Part shown: piece by piece, positions 54,673-64,000 of the stretch
How positions within the stretch are numbered: the stretch's first letter is position 1
How the letters are laid out: each line of letters opens with the position of its first letter
Assembly (NCBI RefSeq): GCF_026210795.1
Contig: NC_089431.1
Coordinates: 5,394,001 to 5,458,000, forward strand
Reading direction: 5' to 3'
From: Rhizophagus irregularis
Taxonomy: Eukaryota
Length of the DNA: 64,000 nt
Program-made: the position numbers and the translations under genes
The notes under the pieces: generated by a model
What the model was told of the DNA's origin: nothing
The model's input: only the letters and a program-made list of their open reading frames with translations
The model's database searches: none

Positions 54673-55069
54673 ATTTATCGCTGTTTTCAAATTAGTGGGA
54701 CCCCCTGCATGTCACCCACTAAGGAAATCAGTTTTCGCAAATGTGGAAAACCCAGAATTTTTCTTAATAACTTTGTAGTAAAGGTCCGATTGCTAGTGAT
54801 TTCTGGAGGAAATCTCAGGAAATTCTCAATTATTCAAATAGTTTGCTTATAAGTGAGTGATAAAACTTTGTGTAACATAAACACTTTTTTATAAGCAAAC
54901 TACCTTTATAATTGAGAATTTCCCAAGATTTCCTCTGGAAATTGCTAATAATTGACTTTTTCCTACATAGTTATTCAGAAAAATTCTGGGGTTTTGCAAA
55001 TTTTTGGAAATCGATTTCCTTAGGGGTGACATACAGGGGGTTCCACTAATTTGAAAATAGCGATAAATA
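54673..55069. repeat. Long foldback inverted repeat (~190-bp arms, ~20-bp loop)
   Basis: atttatcgctgttttcaaattagtgggaccccctgcatgtcaccc...tagtttgcttataa pairs with ttataagcaaacta...gggtgacatacagggggttccactaatttgaaaatagcgataaat. Confidence 0.9.
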
Positions 55070-55808
55070 TATATGTTAACATTAATTTTTTGAAAAAAAA
55101 TTGTCAAATATAATAATAATAAAAAATTATTATATTATATCATTTCAAATCATTAAAAAAATTCTATTCTATATGTACAGTACAGATGTACTATAATGGT
55201 AATAATAAACTGAATCTTGAACGCGATTACTAATTCTTTAAAAAAAAAAGAATTCATATCTTTTTTTTTGATTTAGTTAAATTATTTTTTTTATTGGCTT
55301 TATAATTTCAATTTTAATATTATTTAATTTTGTTAGTAAAATCTATGTGAAATAAAATTGTATTTTTTAGTGATGTAATTATTATATTAAAATGTAAATT
55401 ATTGTTTGTTATATAGCTTAACAAGATTTCAGGAAAATCTGAAAATAATAAAAGTTTTTACTTAATATATTTTTAAAATTTTTATTGTATAAATGTTAAT
55501 TTTTAAATGAACGATAAATATTCTTAAATAATGATTAAGTAAATTTGCTTTATAACAAGAATGTTTTCATCTGTTAAAATTTAGTGTCAAATTAAATTTA
55601 GAATTGGCAAAACTTGATATGCCTATGATTGGCGTAATTCATTAACTTTTTTTTTCGTGTAAGATTGTATCCGCATTTTATTACCTATTTTATTTTTTCT
55701 AAATTAAAGTTAAAATAATTATAAAACCATTACACGTTACAACTAAAGTGTATCGAAAGCACAAAGTTTATGATTATAAATATTAATATATTAATTTTTT
55801 AAAATTAT

Positions 55809-55957
55809 ATATTATTGTATAGGGGAGGAGCAATATCACTTATTTTAGTATAGGTCAATGTATGATTGGTTTTAATTTTGCCACGTCAGTGGCAAAATTA
55901 GTAACCAATCATACATTGACCTATAAAATAGTGATTTTGCATCCTGTACAATAATAT
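55809..55957. repeat. ~150-bp imperfect palindrome/hairpin upstream of the Crypton recombinase
   Basis: tataggtcaatgtatgattggtt (55849-55871) pairs perfectly with 55903-55925; inner taattttgccac-gtca-gtggcaaaatta; outer atattattgta / tacaataatat. Confidence 0.92.
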
Positions 55958-56098
55958 TATTATCATTTGGAACTGACCATAACATTTAAAAGCTTAAAAA
56001 AGTTTATTTAAAAGTTTAATTTTTTACTGTTTATATTGAAAAAATGATTTACAAATTATGCTTTTTTCTCTTGCTGACTCTTTAGTATTTTTATAATA

Positions 56099-57702
56099 AT
56101 GCCACCACAAAAATCTCAAAATAAAAGTAAAAAAGTAATATTTATTTGTATTCGTTTAGTTAATATTTTATTTTATTTTTTTTTTTGCATTTTATTAAAG
56201 ATTTTTTTTTAGAATAAAAAAACTTTCACATATGTGGCCCCTACTGAAGAAGAAATAAAAAGTATGCAAACAGCAGCTCGTGGCAAAGCTACACATAATT
56301 CTACAAGCACTTGGATTAATGTACTTGAAACTTTTCGTAAGGATATTGGATTACCTGGAAAAATAGATGATGTGAATTCTAAAGAAGAGTTAGAGCGTCA
56401 ACTTGTTTTATTTTTTGTTTCATGTAAGCAGCAAAATGGAGCTGAATATTCAGTACAATCAATAAAATTAGCAAGATTTGCTATTGCACGACATATCAAC
56501 ACATATTCTAAAATTCGTCCACAAGAAATTACAAATAAAAATATATATTCTGAATTATATAATGCAATTACTGGCAAGATCAAACTTTTAACTGATCAGG
56601 GATTAGGTGAAATACATGATGCAGATGCTTTTACTCAAGATGAGATTAGGAAAATTATTAATCATCCCACAATGCAACCAGATTCACCAAAAGGACTTAT
56701 ACGATGCATATTTTGGCATAATGCTTTTGAATTAGCTCTTCAAGGTGGAGAGCATTATAATCTAAACTCTAAAGATACAACAATTTAAAAAAAGAAAGGA
56801 TGGTGGTATTGATGTTACATTTTATAGATCTAAGTGTAATCAGAGATCTTTAAGTGAATCTAATTCTAAAGCTGAAGTAATTTCAATACCTGCTGATAAT
56901 GCTGTTATTCAAGATTATGAGCTTTATTTTAGTAAAAGACCACCAATTTGTGAAGATGCATTTTACTTGCAACCTTGCAACAATAATGAAGGTAATTATT
57001 TATTATGTAGTAATTTATTATTTTTTTTTACCTTTCTTTTAATTTCAAATAGTTGAGTTTACGGGTTATTGGTTCAAATCTGCTCAAATGGGAGAAAAAT
57101 TGGTAAAAGGACTTATGAAAGAAATTGCAACAATAACTGAAATCAATTGTGATAAAAGAAAGTTCACAAATCATAGTGGACGAAAAACCTTTATTCAAAT
57201 TTCAAAAAGTGAAGGAATTAGTGATAATGATGTGATGTCTGTGTCATGGCATAAAAATCCTCACTCTTTGGCTTATTATGAACGTCCCAAGTCTATATTG
57301 CAGCAAAATACATTATCGCAAATTAATTCTTTAATTTATAATGGTAAGAAAAGAATTGCACCTGTGGTTTTAATGTAAAAGTAATATACAATATATTTAT
57401 TATTTTTCTTTTCATTAGATACATTATTGTCAAATGACAAAACTGCAAATTCTTTTTCTTCAGCCTTAGAAATTTTTAATGGTAAGATTTAAATTATGAA
57501 CTAATAATTCTTATGGTATAAAAAATTTTATTTTTTTTTAGAATCACGGTCACCACTTCAGCAGCTCAACTCAAATGATTTAAACGAATTAAATGATGGT
57601 CAACAAAATAAAGAAATTAACGGAAATGACGAGACCATTAAAAAAATTCTCCATGGGAATGTTTTTCAGAATTGTAATATTACATTTAATGTGAATAAAT
57701 GA
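56099..57702 (+). mobile_element. Crypton-type tyrosine recombinase gene (DUF3504/ZMYM-QRICH1-like), inactivated; 5 exons
   Basis: Exons ~56099-56134, 56213-56991, 57053-57343, 57419-57481, 57542-57702. Motifs FFVSCKQQNGAEYS, ALQGGEH (R box), SKCNQR, KRP, TNHSGRKT (HxxR), SWHKN..SLAYY (H and nucleophile Y), C-terminal FQNCNITFN. Frameshift at ~56765. Confidence 0.85.
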
Positions 57703-58284
57703 TTTTTATACGAATTTTATTATATGTACACTTATAAATAGCTTATTTTAATAATATAAAGTATAAATAGCTTATATAAAGTATAAATGGTTTATTATGA
57801 TATTATAAAGTATAAATAAAATATCTAAAAATATAGTATGTTATGATCATATGTACCCGAACGATAATATGAAATATTATATCACCTATTAATAAAAAAA
57901 TTTATGTAATTAAAAAAAATATAATACCAGTCTTCAATTTGTTAAAAAATAAAAAAAAAAATTCGTCATGATTCCTTATTTATCTAAATGGGTTCACAAT
58001 GTTTCAATTAGGTAATGACAATAAAAAAAATGTGCGGCTGAAAAATCGCTAAATTTGATTGGTAGCGAATTGTTAGCCTCAGATGTGCATGATACATATT
58101 GTGCTCCGAGCATAACTTTACGACTTTACGTTCAATAATTTGTTTTAATAATTTTCATTTATTATAAAGTAAATAACAGTACTACACATATAACTAAAAT
58201 TACTGTAATTAACACATTTATTTCATAATTGATAAGTATGGAATCGTTGAAAAAGATATTCAAAAAAAGTCAAGTAATACTAGT

Positions 58285-60107
58285 ATGGAAATTTTGAATA
58301 AAACATCCAAAGGAAAGCAAAGAAATTTATGGAAAGGTGTTGATTGGGATAAATATCAGGTAAATGCAATTTCACTTTAATAATTATTATAAATAATGTG
58401 ATTTAAAATGAATAAAATATATTTTAATCATTTATTTAGGTTCATGTTACTATTTCTTCTATTAATTCTGAAGAGATTGATGATAAAGTAATCTATATGG
58501 ACGATATAGAAAAAAGAAAAGAAGACTATGGTATATGTGGAGAATGTAATGAACCTGGTACAGGAGCATTTTGGTGTCAACATTGTAATGCTAAAAGATT
58601 TAAGGAAAATTTTAAAAATTGGACTAGTGGAAATAAAGATATTGATGAATTAATACAACATTCACAACTTAATGCTGTATATTGTTTAAAATGTCTTAAA
58701 TGGATACCTTATGAGAAATTTCAAAACGTCACTTATATTACCAGAGAAGGCTTTGGTAAAATTTATTCAGCTGAATTGCCTGAAGGATATATTGGTTATT
58801 GGGATATTGAAAATCAAAAATGGTACCGATACACAGTCAAAAAAATTGCAAAATGAGGTAACTAAATAGAAAATTAATTTATCGTGTTATATTTAAATTT
58901 ACATTATAATTTTCATTAAATTTTGAAAAAATTTTAATTATTAGATCAAATCTTATCTTCAGATTTATTTTCGGAATATTGCTTCCTGCTATGGAATAAC
59001 TCAAGATCCAAATACCAAAGATTATATGATGGTTTTATATTATTGTGAAAATGGAAATTTAAGAAATTTCTATTTAAATAAGTCCGATAATAATATAAAA
59101 CTTTATAGATTATCAAGAATTGCAAATGGACTGTTAAGTATCCATAATGCCGAAAAAGTCCATAAAGATTTTCATTCAGGTAATATATTGCATGGTGGGC
59201 CTATGTATATAAGTGATTTAGGAATGTGTCAACCAGCAAATAATAAAGAGAAATCAGATAAAAAAGAAGCAGTTTATGGAGTATTACCTTATATGGCACC
59301 AGAAGTTTTACATGGATATCAATATACAAAAGCAGCTGATATTTATTCATTTGGAATAATTATGAATGAGTACCTTTCTGAAGAAATTCCTTTTAATGAT
59401 ATTCCTCATGATCATATTTTAGCTGTTAAAATATGTAAAGGACTTAGACCAAAAATTTCTGAACATATTCCAAAATTCCTTGTAGATTTAATTATGAAAT
59501 GTTGGGATGCTAAAGCAGAAAATAGACCATCTGCTAAAGAATTATATCAAATATTAAAAATATGGGAGGAAACAGAATTCGATGATGATGAAATTTATTC
59601 TCAAATGATTAATTATGAAAAAATTAGGGAAATAAAATTTAAAAACAGATCAAATGAAAATAAGTCTGAAAGTATTAAAACTCATCCTCAGGCGATCTAT
59701 ACAAGTAGACTTTTAAATTTCAAAAATCTTCCAGAACCAGTAAATTCATCAGATCTATCATCATTTCAAGTTATTTCAGGTAAGTCAATTTTAATCATGA
59801 AAAATTCTAATTCAAGTTTTAACAATATTCCAATCTTTTTTAATAATAGATGATGAACCATCAGTGTCAGCAAATCTAAGTAAATATAATCATCAATACT
59901 TTTTGTATTTATAAATTATATTTTATTTTAACATCATATTGTTATTTAATTTATAGTTTCAGAATGTTTTGACGTTCAATTTAGCGAATCAGGTAAAATA
60001 ATATTGTTATTTATTAACGTCTAATTCGTCTAATTTTTATTTAATATTTCTAATAATAATAGATCTCAATGAAATTAATCAAGATAATTTGAATGATGAG
60101 TCTTAAA
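58285..60107 (+). pseudogene. Tyrosine-kinase-like (TKL) protein kinase with a frameshifting deletion at the beta3 lysine
   Basis: Exons ~58285-58359, 58440-58857, 58945-59779 plus short 3' exons. CxxC...WCxxC, WTSGN..ID..IQ, WIPYEKF, REGFGKIY, YGITQDP, HKDFHSGN, DLG, PYMAPE, DIYSFG, CWD...RP. Exon 2 reads KKIA-a-AAT GAG|gt: the ALK...FL segment is missing and the frame is broken. Confidence 0.8.
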
Positions 60108-61265
60108 TTATTAGTAAGTTTTTTCGAGAATAATCAGAATATTATTTAATAAATTTAAAGATAATATTTAAAAATTTTTTATTTAACTTAGTTTATATTT
60201 TTATTTATATCTTAGTGGAAATTTTTATGGTAGGAATTAATAAATATATATATTTAATAATATCTTATTTTTATGTTAAAAAGAGACGCTCAACTATGTT
60301 AGAAAGAGAAATGCTTGATTATTCTGATATCATGATAAAAAAATTATTGGTAGAAAATTTTAGATTAGCTTGTCTATTAATCATTAAGAGAACTTGAAAT
60401 TGGTTACAAACAAACAAATAATTTTAAATTTCTTATTCTTTACAGTATATTTAAAAGCTATTTATTTTTTAATATTTTTATTAACCTTTATTTTTTATCT
60501 GAATAAGTTTTTAAATAAAAATTTCTTTTATTTTAAAGTTATTTAAGACTTAAATTGATCCATCTAAAATTATTTTGAGGTGGTTTAAAAAAAATCGTAC
60601 ATTTTTAATCGTATCCGCAGTAATTGCCTATTCACAATCTTAATAAATTAATCGAAATTCGGTCTAGTAAGAACTTTTAAAGAATTAGTTCTCCTGCGAT
60701 AATTTATCTAATTGATTATTAGCCAGTTTACTGACAAAAGTATTGGATTATATAGATCACACCATTCACAGAATCACGGACTATCGGATCAAAATTAATA
60801 ACTACAAATAAAACAAGAGGTGTTTGTTGATTGATATATTATTATAAATATTACTATTTAATTTTGCAACTTAAAAAAATTATTTTTAATCTACCCATTT
60901 AAAATTTGTCATAAAACCTTAAATTTTTCTATCCATGTAATAATAAACAAATATCGTGTAAAAATGCACTTAAAACTTTTCCATTATCAGTTTTGATCCG
61001 CATCCCAAATAGAGTCAATAAAATTACTTGGTTTCCTCGGAATCCACCTAAATCCGTTTATTTAATTTGCTCTCGTCGATAAATATTTAAAATTACTCTG
61101 ATTAGAATAATATTTAATGGTTCAATAATATACACTTTTATATACTGAGAGGTACGTTTTTGTATACTGAGAGATATCAAGGTTATTAGCGAGAGATTGT
61201 ACCATAAAAAGATCACTTAATTTGCGTTAGAATTTTATACCGGATTATTTGATATACAAGTTATA

Positions 61266-61443
61266 CACAGTGAAATTCTATATAATGGAACCATCCGTTC
61301 CATTAGTAAAATTTGTCAAAAATCCGTTATATCAAGAATTCCGATATATATATCGAGGTTAAATTAATTATACAATTCCGATATATCAAGATTTTACTTA
61401 TGATCCGTTATATCGAAGTTCTGATACATCAAATTTCACTGTG
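61266..61443. mobile_element. pogo/Tigger-like MITE
   Basis: ta-cacagtgaaatt ... aatttcactgtg-ta with internal ccgttatatc / ccgatatatc repeats. Confidence 0.7.
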
Positions 61444-62345
61444 TAGGATAGTAAAGAGAATATTATGAAATTACTAATATAGAAGATATTACCTGTTACT
61501 CGAAAACAACACTCGTATATAAGTACTTCGCTTAACGTATTTACTAGAAGCGGCAGTGCGTCACGCTTCAATAATGGAAATGATTAGGTCATTTGACAAC
61601 CTCTGAATAACCCAGGTCATTTAGTCATTTACAAATATTAGCTAAATTTAAGTTTAATGTAATAATGGGCCATAATTAGAAGACACTAATGACACAAATG
61701 ACACACGAACAATCATTTGACTTGATGTCATTTAGATCACTTGCCATCACTGCTGCCATACTGTTTATGTGAAGGAAGTCTAGAAATTTTAGAAATTTAT
61801 TATATTTTTTTTATTATATTTATAATATCATTAATTTCTTTGTAAATTTGGACAATGGTAAATTGGCTGATATGACTATTAAGTTGTAGTTACAAGACGA
61901 TTTTCATATTTTTTTATAGAATTAAGAAATGCATTGTTAAGAAAATATGAGATATCACGCTCCGTCTAAGATCCCAGGCTAATTATTATACTGACTTCAC
62001 TCGTAATTAATCAAATCTGATTTAAGAGTTTAACACATTTGGTTTCTTTTAACTTACTAACGTTAAAAATACAGGGAATATTAACGTTAAATTTATAAAA
62101 GTTTCATCATTATTCCTTTTATTTGTTGACAAAATTCTTCGCAAATAAAGAAAACGATAACTTAAGGTGACCGTATGAGAAAGAAACACTTTTATATAAG
62201 GTTACATTGCCAATTTATTTTATAATTTATCTTTTATTCAATATGAGGTAATAAATCTGCAATAACAAATTCTCAAAAAATCTATATAAACCTATGTACT
62301 GAAGCAAATAAATTTAATTTTCATAATTTTCAATATATACTAATA

Positions 62346-64000
62346 TTAGTAAATTGGTTCAATAAAACTTCTTTTAAAAGGTTCAGGATTATCATCAATT
62401 GTGAATAAATTCCTGGCTTCTTCTAATACATCTTTTGAAAGTTTTTGATAACAAAAATAACGATATGAAGTTATAATTGAGTATCTAAAAACTTTTAAGG
62501 AATTATTTTTACTTCTAGCATAATCTATGATTGTATTTAATATATCATCATGAATACAAGAACCCATACAAATACTAACTTCTTTAAGTTCACATTGCAT
62601 ATTTTGAAATAAAGTTCTCAATATTGTAACAATCATAGATGAATCAATCTCCAAAATTTCCAAAATTTGTAAAGAAGAAGAAAATGAAAGAGCCAATTCA
62701 GAAATTTGAGTAATTTTAAGATAATTATCCCAATCCAACTTTAAGAAAATAAGATGATTTAAACTTTTCAAAAATGAAATGATAGCACAAAGTTCTTTTT
62801 GAAATATTCTAAGAAAAAGATGAGTAATATTTGTACAAAATGGAAGAATTAATTTTGTGATATTAATAATACTAGAATGAGTAATATATTTATCATAATA
62901 AAGGGTTTTAATATCATTATTTGACATTAAAATAATTCTTTTGAATAAGGTAAGAACAGGAAGATAAGAGATTGTAATATGAAAATTCTTAAGATTATTC
63001 AATTTTGATTTAATAGGTTTATTTAATTCTGAAATATCAGTACTTTTATTACAATAAAAACTACTAAGTTCAATTGTTTCCAGATTTGAACAATGATCCA
63101 ATATACTAATAATTATAGTAAAATTACGTATTTCATATAATTTTAAATGAGTTAAAGATTGAGAATTATTTTTAATAAAATTTTTATCCTTCATAAAACA
63201 AGGCATTTCCAAAGATTTCAAATTATCCAATGAAATAATGAAAGAACTTAATATATCTAATAATTTATTAAATTCATTATCAAGTTTTTTTAATTTTTGT
63301 TGTTTAAATTCTTTCTTTGTAAATATTAATTGAATGTGTTTTATATTTTTATTATATTCAGAAATGATTTTAGTAAGTTTTGTTGCATTCTTTTGAATAA
63401 ATTTTAAAATTTCTAACTTTTTTACATCAAATCTAAATCCAAATCCAAAAGTGAATTTGTTGATATTTGATAAAACATATCCAAGAATTTTATCATCAAA
63501 AGAACTCATATCTATCTGATTTCTTTCATCATTCAAATCAACATTCAAGTATTTAAAATTACTTTGATTATTAAAAAATAATTTTTCCATAAAAGGATTA
63601 AGAATATGAACAACGCTATTAATTCGATTTTCTGTAGCTGGAGCGGAATAATATTGATAAAGGAAAGATCTCATTGATGTTTGTATATTAAATATTTCAA
63701 ATTCTTGAAGAAAACTTGGGTAATTAATAAAAGGTTTTGGAAAGTTAAAATCAGATTTACGAAAGAATGTTGTGACCTGCTTTTTTTCTTGATCATCAAG
63801 ACAAGAAAAATATGTTCGAAAGATGAGGCTCATTTTATTCTCATCTTGTTTAACATGTTTAAATGGATTTCTCCAAAGTATACGTACAACAACTTGACAA
63901 TAATCTCTATTTAAAACGACACATGAATGTAATGTTTTAATATCATGAATAATGTACTGTACAATCTCATATATACAGTCAGCTGGTAAATTTACTACAA
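62346..64000 (-). CDS. F-box protein with LRR/RNI-like C-terminus (5' end beyond the window)
   Basis: The frame stays open upstream of the annotated Met to the window edge: VVNLPADCIYEIVQYIIHDIKTLHSCVVLNRDYCQVVVRILWRNPF (F-box), then YPSFLQEF and LxxLxL repeats (NLKSLEM, SLTHLKL, CSNLETIEL, CTNITHLFL). Confidence 0.88.
   Translation of the reverse strand, partial: VVNLPADCIYEIVQYIIHDIKTLHSCVVLNRDYCQVVVRILWRNPFKHVKQDENKMSLIFRTYFSCLDDQEKKQVTTFFRKSDFNFPKPFINYPSFLQEFEIFNIQTSMRSFLYQYYSAPATENRINSVVHILNPFMEKLFFNNQSNFKYLNVDLNDERNQIDMSSFDDKILGYVLSNINKFTFGFGFRFDVKKLEILKFIQKNATKLTKIISEYNKNIKHIQLIFTKKEFKQQKLKKLDNEFNKLLDILSSFIISLDNLKSLEMPCFMKDKNFIKNNSQSLTHLKLYEIRNFTIIISILDHCSNLETIELSSFYCNKSTDISELNKPIKSKLNNLKNFHITISYLPVLTLFKRIILMSNNDIKTLYYDKYITHSSIINITKLILPFCTNITHLFLRIFQKELCAIISFLKSLNHLIFLKLDWDNYLKITQISELALSFSSSLQILEILEIDSSMIVTILRTLFQNMQCELKEVSICMGSCIHDDILNTIIDYARSKNNSLKVFRYSIITSYRYFCYQKLSKDVLEEARNLFTIDDNPEPFKRSFIEPIY

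Noticed and set aside
56099..57702. Starship captain or other giant cargo element
   Set aside because: Motifs fit the short DUF3504/Crypton type rather than DUF3435; no element boundary enclosing neighbouring genes could be seen.
1..64000. tRNA or rRNA genes
   Set aside because: None recognised by eye; a tRNAscan-SE/Infernal run would be needed to exclude them.

Overview
Very AT-rich, intron-containing eukaryotic DNA. The gene families (BTB-BACK-TLDc, TKL-type kinase, F-box, RNF213-like) and short GT-AG introns point to an arbuscular mycorrhizal fungus (Glomeromycotina, Rhizophagus-like); this is an inference. Apparently intact genes: a 7-exon ~920-aa secreted-ectodomain multi-pass membrane protein (9182-12416 +), a BTB-BACK-TLDc protein (21715-23178 +), a 13-exon ~3,900-aa RNF213/mysterin-like giant AAA+ protein (26074-38739 -), an 8-exon 7-TM GPCR mostly missed by the ORF track (46219-47797 -) and an F-box protein running off the right edge. 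Broken genes: a divergent BTB-TLDc paralogue, a kinase with a frameshifting deletion and a Crypton-type tyrosine recombinase. Intergenic DNA is full of mobile-element debris: a LINE RNase H/zinc-knuckle remnant, two head-to-tail non-autonomous Helitrons, a MULE transposase remnant, a hAT deletion derivative, several MITEs and foldbacks. Most notable are the RNF213-like protein with no visible RING/RZ finger and a degenerate second ATPase site, the Crypton preceded by a ~150-bp hairpin, the Ig/SEA-like ectodomain fused to an XK-like membrane domain, and a triplicated ~0.8-kb non-coding unit upstream of the GPCR. Exon boundaries were read by eye and may be off by a few bases.
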